Shown here: one piece after another, positions 11,080 to 21,101 of the stretch
Layout of the letters: the number at the start of each line of letters is the position of its first letter
How positions within the stretch are numbered: the first letter of the stretch is position 1
DNA from: Candidatus Latescibacterota bacterium
GTDB lineage: Bacteria > Latescibacterota > UBA2968 > GCA-2709665
Assembly: GCA_963662665.2 (NCBI GenBank)
Contig: CAXXJS010000010.1
Location: 128,001-192,000 of the forward strand
DNA: 64,000 nt
Direction: 5' to 3'
Program-made: the position numbers and the translations under genes
Notes under the pieces: model-generated
The model's input: the letters and a program-made list of their open reading frames with translations, nothing else
Told to the model about the DNA's origin: nothing
Databases searched by the model: none

Positions 11080-12180
11080 TTATGGCGTCCGTGCCGGACT
11101 TGGATTGTCGTTTACACGCGCCGTATAGAATAAATCGGGACCTGTCCATTCCACGTCGACCTCATCAAGACGAACCGCATCGGCCATCCTTTTAATCCCC
11201 AGATCGTCCACAGAGGCTATCCCTTTACCCAGAATCGAGGGGGCGATGAACACCATCAGACGGTCGATCAACCGGTCCCGAATCGCCGAGGCCGCCAGGG
11301 CGCCCCCACCTTCGATCAACACATGGGTGATTCCTTCGTTCCCCGCGCGGGAAAGCACGTCTCGAAGCAATGGCCTTCCATCAAACTGCGAACAGACCCA
11401 AACGCGAGCGCCACACTTTTCCATCGCTTCGACTTTTTTTTTTGAGACACCCTCCGCCGCGGCAAGAATCAGAGGCGCCCCGCCGAAAACCCTCGCTCTA
11501 CTTGAAATCACAAGGCGACTGTCCAGCACGATTTTTACCGGATCGACACCCTCCAGATGCCGGACCGAAAGCGCCGGATCGTCCGCTTCGACCGTCCCCC
11601 GCCCAACCATAACCGCCGTCGCTTCGGCGCGCAGCCGATGCGCCCGTGTTCGGGACACATCCGAGGAAATCCATTTCGATTCACCCGAAGCGGTCGCAAT
11701 CCGGCCGTCAAGGGTCTGGGCCAGCTTCAGGGTGACAAAAGGGAAACCCGTCGTCCTGTGTTTTATAAAGGCCTCGTTGAGTCGCCGCACCTCTTTTGCG
11801 AGTACACCGATCTCCACCCGAATGCCCGCTTCGCGCAACCGGTCGATACCCCGGCCCGAAACCCGTTTATCCGGATCCACCATTCCGCACACGACCCGCG
11901 CAACCCCTCTTTTTATAATTAAATCGACACACGGCGGGGTCCGGCCGGTATGGACACACGGTTCTAGCGTCACGTAGAGCGTGACGTCCGGCGTTCCGTC
12001 CGCCACGCCGTCGAGCGCATAGACCTCGGCGTGTGGCTTTCCGGATTCAGGATAATAACCCTTTCCGACAATTTGTCCGTTCCGGACCGCCACCGCGCCC
12101 ACCAGCGCACCGTCCCGTACCCGGCCGCGTCCTTTTTCAGCCAAAGACAACGCCAGCCGCATATTGTCCACGTCCGTCAT
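11080..12180 (-). CDS. ribD: Bifunctional diaminohydroxyphosphoribosylaminopyrimidine deaminase / reductase
   Basis: HAE..TLEPC-x8-C Zn motif, KLAQTLDG, IEGGG; rib operon context. Confidence 0.95.
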   Translation of the reverse strand: MTDVDNMRLALSLAEKGRGRVRDGALVGAVAVRNGQIVGKGYYPESGKPHAEVYALDGVADGTPDVTLYVTLEPCVHTGRTPPCVDLIIKRGVARVVCGMVDPDKRVSGRGIDRLREAGIRVEIGVLAKEVRRLNEAFIKHRTTGFPFVTLKLAQTLDGRIATASGESKWISSDVSRTRAHRLRAEATAVMVGRGTVEADDPALSVRHLEGVDPVKIVLDSRLVISSRARVFGGAPLILAAAEGVSKKKVEAMEKCGARVWVCSQFDGRPLLRDVLSRAGNEGITHVLIEGGGALAASAIRDRLIDRLMVFIAPSILGKGIASVDDLGIKRMADAVRLDEVDVEWTGPDLFYTARVNDNPSPARTP

Positions 12181-12229
12181 ATACCACCCGGTGTCGCCGG
12201 GACCGGAAATCCCGAAATGCGGAAGGTCT

Positions 12230-14314
12230 CTACTCCACGTCCACAGAAGCCTTGCCAACCCCCACGTTACCCAGTGCATCGGTCGTGCGGACGACCACCG
12301 TGTATTCTCCCGCAGTGAGATCTGGGATCTCAAAACGCAAGGTCTCGGTCCTGGAATCGAATATCTGATCTACAGGAAAAACCACCTTCCAGTCTCCGGA
12401 ATTTACCGCATAGTCCGCCTTCCATAGCGGGCTCGCAGCGTCGTTCAGCGATCCCTCGACGACGATGGACCCGCCCGAAGCCGCCCGTATCTGAAGTGCC
12501 ACGGAGGGTGGCGTGTGGTCAAGATCGAACGGCTCGCTTACCTTTTCGCCAACCAGCGCGAGTTCCTCGGGATTGGCGAGCCGGTCCGACGCCACCACCC
12601 TGACAAGCATCGTACCTTCAGGGGCAGACTCGGTTTGCCAGTCGTAGGAAGTGGCAAGCAGGTTCTCCTCCAGGAGTTTCCACTCTTTCTCGGAGCGACC
12701 CCGATAATACAACGCGTATAGGAGTCGGTCGTCGTTAGCGTCTGCGGCATTCCAGGAGATTCTCCAGACGCCCCTCGCGTTACCGGGTGCCTGCCTTCCC
12801 TTTCCGGCGTCCTGAGGCGCAGTTCCGTTACCCTGGGCATCAAGGGGCGAGACGACGAGTGCAAGCACCTGCGGACCCATGTTTTCCTGGAGGCCCACCA
12901 GACTCACTACTCGAATCATCGGTGTGGCCGCGCCCGTTACCGAACTCAACTCCGCCCTATACTGCAGGAAACGGGCAGGCGGACTGGAGATCTGGCCACC
13001 CTGAGCAACTGACGACCATTCGCTCCAGGTATTGTCCGGTTTTTCGCTGTTTCCCGACCGCGTCCGGAATTGGATCGACGCATCCCGGGCGGATTCAGAA
13101 TCCCACCTGATCTTACCCCACCTGGAGACCTGGAAGAAATCTTTCACCCTGGATTCCAACCTGCCTTCACGCGTGTAAGCCTTTCCCAACCGGTACACTT
13201 TGCCAGCACCCGCGGTTCCAATCCAGATCTCTCCGGAACCGGACCTGCAGAATGCCCACGGTTGCACGTCTTTCAGACGAGTCAACAGGGTTGCCCGACC
13301 ATTCAGGTCAACGCGATAGATGCTTCCACTGTCTCCCGTCAGCGCGGTAATTTCCCGATCGTCGACGTCCAATGCCAGAAGCATCGGCTCATCCACCTGC
13401 CAGAGACGAACCGTCGCACCCGATGGCCGTATGGCATACAACACGGAAGCATGTTGCGATGACGAGGACCCCTGACCCTTGGCGGCCGGCTGTGATCCGC
13501 CCTTTCCACTCCCCTTGGAACGCTTGGACATCGCACCCGCGAACAGAACTCCTCGGGGGCCCATCGCAAGCGCATGAATTTCAGCTTCCGCCGCATCGTA
13601 CAGCACTTCAACTCGTCCCGTTGCATTGACCCGGTAGACGAGACCGCTCTGATCCGTACCAGCGTACACCTGGCCGTCGGCGTCCCGAATCATCGAAACC
13701 ACGTTGTGGTCTTCGCTCTTATAGACCTCGTCGACCCTTCCGGCCGCGGAAATACGCAGGATGCGTCCGTGTCTGCCGCCGGTGGCCGCGTACAGGCCTC
13801 CCTGTCCATCCAACTCCAATGCCCAGACGTGTTCGTCTCCTGTTCGACAAAACGTCTCGGGATCTTTCCCCGGAACAACTCTGTATACAATCCCGTCCGG
13901 GGAGGAGCCGGCATAGAGCGTCCCGGCCGGTCCAACGGCGAGACTGAAGATGGACAACTCGGGGGTATCGAAGAGAAGCTCCGGTTCGCCAGCGCCGTCA
14001 TACGCGAAGATCTTTCCGCTGTTGCCCGTAGCAATATACAATCGGCCACCGCGCCCCTCAGCGAGCGCCCACACGAATTCTTCGCCCGTATCCGCTGCGG
14101 CTTGCAGCTCCGGCGCCAGCAACACCATGCCCTCTCTGGTGATCGAGACGCCGTCGGCTTCACCCCTGGCAAACGCTTTCTGGGAATGGTCGCGCCAAAC
14201 GATCGGCTGGACGCCGTCTGACGAACCCGGCAGGCAGTTCAGAACGAAACAAAGGCCGAAAAACAAAACGCGATGCGCCGCATGTCCGTTTTCGTTATCC
14301 AACAGCCTCATCAC
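12230..14314 (-). CDS. Secreted beta-propeller repeat protein with C-terminal Ig/FN3-like domains
   Basis: Signal-like N-terminus; repeated 'VWAL..G.LY.ATG..G.I' blades; beta-rich C-terminus. Confidence 0.75.
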   Translation of the reverse strand: MMRLLDNENGHAAHRVLFFGLCFVLNCLPGSSDGVQPIVWRDHSQKAFARGEADGVSITREGMVLLAPELQAAADTGEEFVWALAEGRGGRLYIATGNSGKIFAYDGAGEPELLFDTPELSIFSLAVGPAGTLYAGSSPDGIVYRVVPGKDPETFCRTGDEHVWALELDGQGGLYAATGGRHGRILRISAAGRVDEVYKSEDHNVVSMIRDADGQVYAGTDQSGLVYRVNATGRVEVLYDAAEAEIHALAMGPRGVLFAGAMSKRSKGSGKGGSQPAAKGQGSSSSQHASVLYAIRPSGATVRLWQVDEPMLLALDVDDREITALTGDSGSIYRVDLNGRATLLTRLKDVQPWAFCRSGSGEIWIGTAGAGKVYRLGKAYTREGRLESRVKDFFQVSRWGKIRWDSESARDASIQFRTRSGNSEKPDNTWSEWSSVAQGGQISSPPARFLQYRAELSSVTGAATPMIRVVSLVGLQENMGPQVLALVVSPLDAQGNGTAPQDAGKGRQAPGNARGVWRISWNAADANDDRLLYALYYRGRSEKEWKLLEENLLATSYDWQTESAPEGTMLVRVVASDRLANPEELALVGEKVSEPFDLDHTPPSVALQIRAASGGSIVVEGSLNDAASPLWKADYAVNSGDWKVVFPVDQIFDSRTETLRFEIPDLTAGEYTVVVRTTDALGNVGVGKASVDVE

Positions 14315-14446
14315 CCATCCTTAAATGTATCGTCGTTTCTTTTTCGGTTTCCCACGCCAGGCAGCGTGCGGTCCAACGGTTGCGGGCGCGCCAATGGGGT
14401 GCGCGACGCCTTCGTTACGGGATACGTCTGGCGATCACGGGGTTCG

Positions 14447-16252
14447 CTATTTCCCTTTACCGCCAGCGCTTCCACCCTCCGCAAAGATGACGCCGTTCCG
14501 TTTCCTGTTGACGTTCAGTACGACGACCTGACTCCCGGAAAGCACATAGTCCGTGAGAATTCGAGCCCGTTGCACGACCGTCTGCCGAACCTGTTTTACC
14601 GCGTCCGACGAACGGGAAAACTGAAGTACGGAAAGCACCGAGGACGGCAGCCTTGACACCTCCCGTCCCTCAATCGTCACTCCACGGGCGCCGGACAGCA
14701 GCTCAACGACCATCTCATTGTTCCGGCCCTCCCGTCCCAACAGGCGGATAAGATGGTCCAGGTCTCTGGCGTCGTATTCACCCGGCGCTCGCTTGGCCTC
14801 CTGTTTACCGTGCGCGGATGCGCTTGAAACCCTGAGAATCAGCCTGCCGCCCGGTGTCTTATTCGGAATGACCAGCGCTTCCTGCACGTCCTCCAGCCCG
14901 CCCCAATAGGGCCTTAAAGAAACTGTGACGCGAACCGTATCGCCAGGCTGGAAGGATGTCTTCTGCAAACCAATTGACTTGATGTGGGCGGTGTGCGCGC
15001 GCTCGGCTTCAACATCCAGGTCGAAGGTCACCCGTTTGATCTGAATCGGCTCAAATGGATTCCGGATCAGCCTTGCAAGCGGCGTGGTGACCCCCAGCAC
15101 GGCATTACCCAGCCCCAGCGGGCCGGCATAGACGTTATCGATCTCCACCGTTGGACGTCCGTTCAGGTCAATTTGCACACGGGACTTCACCGTTACCTCT
15201 CCCGACAGCTTCTCGGACGATATCATCGCGCTGAATACAGCCATTCTCAACAGAGTGGGGCTGAGATCGCGGTTTCGCAGGACCTCCATCCGGAACTGTG
15301 CCTGTTTGCCCGGAGAACGCAAATTGATCTTCGCAGGCATCATGTCCACGTCGAGGCCGATGGCACCGGCTATCCCGGGCGCGCGGTCCTGAACGATGGC
15401 GCCCATGGTTTTCCCGGCCACACCCAGCTTGAACGACGCAAATTGACTGGGCAGCACTTCGTGAATATAGGCTGCCGTCATCGGCAACGCCGTGGCGCCG
15501 CCGAAAATCATTGAATGCCCGAAACCGACAACGCGGGCTCCGTCGCGGTGGGTCAGCGTCCCGATTCCGGTAACGCTGAGATCACCACGTACCAGTTGCA
15601 CACCCAGGGCGGCCCCCGGTTCGAACGCACCCGAAGGCAGACCAGGATCCATTACACCACCGCCCTGAACCGGCGTCCATCCCATCCTTGAAAATTCCTG
15701 CCGGAATTCAGCCACGGCCTGTCGTGCGAATCCGGAGATCACGACAGGCAGGCTGACCGGCGTCAACTCAGCCGCATTCATCCCCGTCAGATCGCCCAGA
15801 CGACGCACGCCGGCTTCCGTCAGTCGGGCCGCCGAGCTGACGCCCTGAGGTGCGGACGGCCGGTTGAACAGGTCGACCATTGCCGCAATTGGCGTTATCC
15901 CCGCGATGGGCTCTTTGGCAAAGGCGCCGACTCGATACGATACCGCACCTACCAGCCTGCCATCGATATAAACCGGGCTGCCGCTCATCCCCAGAATCAC
16001 CCCTGTATTCGACAGGGGACCGCCGGACAGCCGTGCGAGTATCAGGTCGCTGTGCGGCCCGATCGCGTTGTGGAGCACACCCAGGATTTCGACCTGAAAC
16101 GTGTCGATCCGCGTGCCCTGGAAGACCGTCCGGCCGATACCGCGCATGCCTCTCCTGAGCTCTTCGACGGGCATGGTCGGCACCGTCCCCCACGAACTTC
16201 CGGCGATTGTGACCCACAGGAAAGCGGGGAGCGTTATTTTCAGCAGGCGCAT
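14447..16252 (-). CDS. SpoIVB-like peptidase S55 domain protein (secreted)
   Basis: G.GRTVFQG..F.VEILGV, GVILGMSGSPVY, GFGH, QDR motifs; signal-like N-terminus. Confidence 0.85.
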   Translation of the reverse strand: MRLLKITLPAFLWVTIAGSSWGTVPTMPVEELRRGMRGIGRTVFQGTRIDTFQVEILGVLHNAIGPHSDLILARLSGGPLSNTGVILGMSGSPVYIDGRLVGAVSYRVGAFAKEPIAGITPIAAMVDLFNRPSAPQGVSSAARLTEAGVRRLGDLTGMNAAELTPVSLPVVISGFARQAVAEFRQEFSRMGWTPVQGGGVMDPGLPSGAFEPGAALGVQLVRGDLSVTGIGTLTHRDGARVVGFGHSMIFGGATALPMTAAYIHEVLPSQFASFKLGVAGKTMGAIVQDRAPGIAGAIGLDVDMMPAKINLRSPGKQAQFRMEVLRNRDLSPTLLRMAVFSAMISSEKLSGEVTVKSRVQIDLNGRPTVEIDNVYAGPLGLGNAVLGVTTPLARLIRNPFEPIQIKRVTFDLDVEAERAHTAHIKSIGLQKTSFQPGDTVRVTVSLRPYWGGLEDVQEALVIPNKTPGGRLILRVSSASAHGKQEAKRAPGEYDARDLDHLIRLLGREGRNNEMVVELLSGARGVTIEGREVSRLPSSVLSVLQFSRSSDAVKQVRQTVVQRARILTDYVLSGSQVVVLNVNRKRNGVIFAEGGSAGGKGK

Positions 16253-16458
16253 CACGACACAGACCCTTTCTCGCAAGACGGTATCGGAGCCACGAAATCT
16301 ACGGCGCACCCACAAAAAAGTCAAGCATAGCAACTTTCTAATGTTTTGTCCCGGAAATAGATTGCCGAAATCCGGTTGTTGACGCAGATAAAATACCCGT
16401 TTTGAGAGCGCGGAACAAGCCCCTTGTGTAAATCCGGTCTTATCCTTATCATAATCCC

Positions 16459-16929
16459 ATGCAGATCACGTTGCTGGCGGTTGGCAAATGCCGCAAACCT
16501 TACCTGCGAGAAGGCGTGTCGGACTATATCAATCGCATCCGGAGATACGCAAGCCTGGAGCACGTCGAACTGAAAGAGGAGCGAGCTTCGAGGACTGGCG
16601 CCACCCCTGGCGGCCTTGGCAGAGAAGGCGAACGCATCCTCCGCCGCCTGCCGGAAAACGCTTACCTTGTCGTCCTGGATCCGGCCGGAAATGAATGCAG
16701 TTCCGACGCCCTCGCCCAACGTATCCGCAGAATCGGAATTGAGGGCACCAGCCGAATCGCGTTTGCAATCGGCGGCCCCTCCGGCCTATCCTCCGATGTA
16801 ATCCGGCGTGCCGATTGGCGCCTTTCGCTTTCCTCCTTCACCTTTCCGCACGAGATTGCACGTCTGGTACTCCTTGAACAGATTTACAGGGCATTTAAGA
16901 TCAGCCGCGGCGAACCGTATCACAGATAG
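16459..16929 (+). CDS. rlmH: 23S rRNA pseudouridine-1915 N3-methyltransferase
   Basis: I.LLAVGK, FAIGGPSG, LSLSSFTFPHE.ARLVLLEQIYRA..I..GEPYH. Confidence 0.97.
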   Translation: MQITLLAVGKCRKPYLREGVSDYINRIRRYASLEHVELKEERASRTGATPGGLGREGERILRRLPENAYLVVLDPAGNECSSDALAQRIRRIGIEGTSRIAFAIGGPSGLSSDVIRRADWRLSLSSFTFPHEIARLVLLEQIYRAFKISRGEPYHR

Positions 16930-17000
16930 TCGCCACCACCAACGGATCCGTAACGACGCGCAAGGAATTCAGACCCGAAATTTGCCGCGGTATGAAGAGC

Positions 17001-17240
17001 AAAAAAGCCCGGAAAACAGGTTCATCCGACAGCCGTGGAGAGGTGATTCCGCCACTGGAATCCGGCTGCCGCGAACGTCTCCTGTTTCCGGGCTTTTTAA
17101 ACGGACCGAAACGCCTGAATATACAGTTTCGGGGGGACGGAAGGAATCCGGATCCGACAAACTCGGACAACGGCCGCTGGGGTATCGGCCCGAGAGAAGC
17201 CGGAAGAAGGGTTGTCTCAAACGAATGCCTGCTGAAAGCA
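17001..17240 (-). ncRNA. Candidate orphan structured small RNA (~240 nt)
   Basis: TTGACT-N17-TATCTT promoter upstream, several hairpins, terminal long stem followed by T6; no credible ORF. Confidence 0.45.
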
Positions 17241-17245
17241 ATTGA

Positions 17246-17274
17246 AAGATAAGCCATTGTCTTTTTTTAGTCAA
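17246..17274 (-). promoter_or_regulatory. Sigma70-type promoter pointing toward the rlmH 3' end
   Basis: TTGACT (17274-17269)-N17-TATCTT (17251-17246). Confidence 0.6.
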
Positions 17275-17633
17275 GGGTAAGTTTGTCCTAATATACTGTT
17301 TTACATTATCTTGTGGTCTTTCGGTTGAGTTATACCTTATATAGATTCGCAGTTGGCAAACCCTCGAAAAACGCAATATCGCGGCGCTCGCCGCGAAGGG
17401 ATTCCCGGTATCGAGAGACCCCTCCCCCCAAAACCCATATTACCATGATCTCGTAAGAATGACCATGTTGAATATCGCCATGCGCAGCGGAGAAGGCGGA
17501 CGTTCCAACCTCCTGCGTCGGTGGAAATTTCTGGACAGGTTTCCGATTCAGAGCTATCTTCGACGTTCGGCGAAAGGAATCGGGTCCGTCTGAGTATAAC
17601 TTACCCGCTTTTCAATCTATATGCAATTTACCC

Positions 17634-18986
17634 ATGCCGCATACCCTTACCATAACGCAGGCCGCAGCGGAAATCAGGGCGGGCCGTCTTTCTCCCCTGG
17701 AGCTTCTGCACGCCTGTTTTTCGCAGATCGACGCCCTCGACAACCGCCTGCGCGCCTGGGTCAACGTCGACCGGGAGGGGGCCGAGCATCGCGCACGGCG
17801 TCTTCAGGAGGAACTCGCCCGCGGCCGGTACCGCGGTCTCCTGCACGGAATTCCGGTGGGGATTAAGGACATCATCAACACGAAGGGCTTGCCCACCGCC
17901 GCCGGAGCAAGACACCTTTACAACGTGGCGCCGAAGGAAGACGCAACCGTGGTTGCCCGTTTGCGCCGCTCCGGGGCGGTCATCCCCGGCAAAACGGTTA
18001 CCACGCCCTTTGCATGTTTCGATCCGGCGGAAACCAGGAACCCATGGAACCCCGATCATACCCCCGGCGGCTCCAGCAGCGGTTCCGCCGCCGCTGTCGC
18101 GGCCCGTATGTGTCCCGCAGCCCTGGGTTCCCAGACCGGCGGATCCATCAGTCGTCCCGCCGCGTACTGCGGCCTCGTGGGTCTCAAACCCACCTTTGGC
18201 CGGATCAGTCTTTACGGGATCCTGCCCGTCAGCTATGAACTGGATCATCCGGGGCCGTTCACACGCTCAGTCGCCGATGCAGCCGTCATTCTGGAGTGCC
18301 TGGCCGGCAAAGATCCATTGGATCCACTCTGCGCCGACGTTCCTGCCGGTGAATTCCGCATCGACCCGTTGACGCGTCCGCCCCGAATCGGCATTATCCG
18401 TACATACTTTCCTGAATACACCGACGAAATTATGCGTGCGGCGACGGACGACGCCGTAGGGCGCCTGGCCTCCGCGGGCGCTGAATTCACCCAAGTGCAA
18501 ATGCCCGGATCCTTTGAGGATTTGCACGAGAATCACGCGCTGCTGCTCGCCGTTGGCGCGGCAAGCGTCCACGGGGAGCGATACGACGCCCACCGGGACG
18601 CCTTCCCGCCCGGCCTTTGCGAAATCATGGAAAGGGGACGCGCCGCAAGCGCAGTCGACTACGCCAGGGCGAGACGCCACCAGATTGCGTTCAAGTCGGA
18701 GATCCTCGCTACGTTCGAAGGCGTGGACCTGCTCCTCACCCCTGCTACGCCAACGCCGGCGCCTTCGGGTCTGACATCCACTGGCAACCCTGCCTTCAAC
18801 AGCCCCTGGAGCTACGCCGGCCTTCCCACGACCGTCCTGCCGGCCTTCTGTACGCTCGACGGGCTGCCCGCCGGCATCCAACTCGTCGCTCGCCCCTTCG
18901 CCGAAGTCCGCCTGCTCTCTATCTCCGCCTGGTGCGAATCCCATCTTGAGTGGACCCGCACCCCATCGATTCTCTCCGGCGATTAA
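17634..18986 (+). CDS. Amidase signature family protein
   Basis: GIPVGIKD, TPGGSSSGS, GSQTGGSISRPA (Ser-cisSer-Lys triad). Confidence 0.93.
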   Translation: MPHTLTITQAAAEIRAGRLSPLELLHACFSQIDALDNRLRAWVNVDREGAEHRARRLQEELARGRYRGLLHGIPVGIKDIINTKGLPTAAGARHLYNVAPKEDATVVARLRRSGAVIPGKTVTTPFACFDPAETRNPWNPDHTPGGSSSGSAAAVAARMCPAALGSQTGGSISRPAAYCGLVGLKPTFGRISLYGILPVSYELDHPGPFTRSVADAAVILECLAGKDPLDPLCADVPAGEFRIDPLTRPPRIGIIRTYFPEYTDEIMRAATDDAVGRLASAGAEFTQVQMPGSFEDLHENHALLLAVGAASVHGERYDAHRDAFPPGLCEIMERGRAASAVDYARARRHQIAFKSEILATFEGVDLLLTPATPTPAPSGLTSTGNPAFNSPWSYAGLPTTVLPAFCTLDGLPAGIQLVARPFAEVRLLSISAWCESHLEWTRTPSILSGD

Positions 18987-18990
18987 CGCC

Positions 18991-20208
18991 ATGTTTCCGC
19001 GCCTGATCCTTATAATTCTGACATGGACAATGCTCTTTCCCGGTCTTTACGGCATCGTCCACGCTTCCCGCGTGCATACCCCCAGGCAGAATGCCGTCCG
19101 CAAGGGTATCGACTATATGCTCGACGAACGCTATGCCCTCTCCCACGCCATATTCGATTCACTCATCTCCGTGGAGCCTGAACGCCCCGAGGGCTATCTG
19201 GGCAAGGCACTTTCGTACTGGAACGAAAGCATGCTTCTGGCAAACGGCGAACGGTTTGTCGATTCCGTCGACCATCTGACCGGACGCGCCATCAAACTCT
19301 CCGAACGTGCTCTCAAGAATGACAACAACGATGCGGAGATGGTCTTCCTTCTTGGAAAGGCCTATGGCCTGCGCGCGGGCCTGGCGCTCATCCACGGCAG
19401 TCCCATAGACGGCGTACTCCACGGCCTGAAATCCCGGGACTTCCTCAAGGAAACCATCCGTTTGAATCCAAACCTCGCTGACGCCCATTTCGGACTGGGC
19501 CTCGCAGAGTACGTGGCCGCCCGCCAGCCCCGTTTCCTAAGGATGGTAAGCCGGCTCCTTTCGTTGCCCGACGGCGACCGGAAACGCGGGCTCGAACGCC
19601 TGGAGCGGGTTGCCCGTGAGGGCATCTACACCCAGCGGCATGCCGTATCCAGCCGTGCCTACATCGCCCTCTATTACGAGAAGGACTATGGAGACGCCCG
19701 GTGTCGTTTTGCAGATCTGCACCTGCGCTACCCCCACAGCCTGGACTACCGTATCCGTTACCTGGACGCGCTCTTCGGGCTCACTGTCCAGGGCAGGCAG
19801 GATCACCGCCGGGCTCTGATCGATTCCGCGCGATCGATCCGTCTCCTGGCTGAAGAGCGAGACTGGAACCTGAACCGCTGGTCGCGTACCAAACTGGACT
19901 TTATCGAAGGCTTTGGTCACTATCTCACCGGCAACGCGGACACGGCAATCGAACGTCTGGAAATCTATACCGCGGATGCCACAAGAAAGAGCTGGCTGCT
20001 TGGCCCCGCACATCTCATTCTGGGCAAACTGGCCGACCTGCGTAACGACCGGGAAAACGCAGTCCGCCATTACCGCCGCGTGCGAAAATATGAAAACGTA
20101 TGGGGCGTGCACGACGAAGCCGACTCCTATCTTCGACACCCGTTCAACGGAGATGAACCCGTCAGGCGTCCTCTGGACACGGTAAGGCGTTATCCTGAAA
20201 AACCTTGA
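18991..20208 (+). CDS. Exported TPR-repeat protein
   Basis: Hydrophobic signal MFPRLILIILTW; TPR-like 'LNPNLADAHFGLG' repeats. Confidence 0.75.
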   Translation: MFPRLILIILTWTMLFPGLYGIVHASRVHTPRQNAVRKGIDYMLDERYALSHAIFDSLISVEPERPEGYLGKALSYWNESMLLANGERFVDSVDHLTGRAIKLSERALKNDNNDAEMVFLLGKAYGLRAGLALIHGSPIDGVLHGLKSRDFLKETIRLNPNLADAHFGLGLAEYVAARQPRFLRMVSRLLSLPDGDRKRGLERLERVAREGIYTQRHAVSSRAYIALYYEKDYGDARCRFADLHLRYPHSLDYRIRYLDALFGLTVQGRQDHRRALIDSARSIRLLAEERDWNLNRWSRTKLDFIEGFGHYLTGNADTAIERLEIYTADATRKSWLLGPAHLILGKLADLRNDRENAVRHYRRVRKYENVWGVHDEADSYLRHPFNGDEPVRRPLDTVRRYPEKP

Positions 20209-20364
20209 AGCGAGTCGCAGGCGTCGATGAGTTAAAATCGCCGCAGTTTAATGATCGCTTGCCACCGTCCGCTGTCCGGCCGGTAAAGCCGGTTGCGGGA
20301 TCACGATCAAGTCCGTATATTTCGTCATGCGCGATCAACGGCGCGCTTGTTCGCGAAGCCAACG

Positions 20365-20491
20365 CTAACAGCCCGTTGAAAAAGTCCATCCGGGCTGCCT
20401 GCCTGTGTGTACGCACGCGGACAGGCGTCTGGCCCTTGTGGCCGAATGACTCGGCCTCGCCTGCAGAGCGACTTTATCAACGGACTGCTAA
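20365..20491. mobile_element. MITE family A, full copy
   Basis: Ends CAGCCCGTTGAAAAAGTC / GACTTTATCAACGGACTG are inverted repeats, flanked by a CTAA direct repeat. Confidence 0.75.
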
Positions 20492-20513
20492 CCGTTCGTT
20501 CGAGTGCGGAATA

Positions 20514-20786
20514 ATGGCCGAATCGACAGATCCTCAATCTGCTCCTGCCCCGGACAACACCCATTGGGGAGTCGCCTATCTGCGCGAAGATCTGCAGGAC
20601 CTGCGCCTCCAGCTGCGTGAAGACGTCAAAGACCTCCGCCAGCAGATCGCCGAGAACAATAAGCGCATTGACGAAACCAATAAGCGCATTGACCGGACAA
20701 ATGAACTCATTGGATCCCGTTTCACCTGGCTTATTACGACGATGGTGGCGCTGGCGGGCATTCTCGCCGCTCTGATCAAGCTGTGA
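20514..20786 (+). CDS. Small coiled-coil protein with C-terminal membrane anchor (DUF1640/CCDC90-like architecture)
   Basis: Heptad-like LREDLQDLR..NKRIDETNKRID then hydrophobic WLITTMVALAGILAALIKL; 90 aa. Confidence 0.65.
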   Translation: MAESTDPQSAPAPDNTHWGVAYLREDLQDLRLQLREDVKDLRQQIAENNKRIDETNKRIDRTNELIGSRFTWLITTMVALAGILAALIKL

Positions 20787-21101
20787 GACCCGCCCATACC
20801 GGGCGCCTGCATGCTCGCCGGGCACCCCTCTAAACCGACGGTCCTGAAGATTTCATTGCCCGCGTCTCCATGCCGGTTACTTCCGACCTGTCTGGCTGGA
20901 GCGACAATTGTCAGGTGGGATTCCCACCGACTGAAAATCCGCGCCTTTTACGGCTCACTGAAATATTCAGACCAATGCACAAGTGTGATATTTCTCATAC
21001 GGGGCGGACCGAGGAAGCACGGCCAATCGCGGGAAAGAAAGAATATCCCGGTCGTATTCCGTACACGCATACGCCGGGATTTATTCTCTTGAGAAATCGG
21101 T

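Noticed and set aside
12180-12230. Possible FMN riboswitch before the rib operon
   Set aside because: The gap is only about 50 bp and has no RFN consensus.
16905-16990. rlmH (orfX) 3' end as an SCC-like integration site
   Set aside because: No recombinase and no duplicated att sequence seen downstream.
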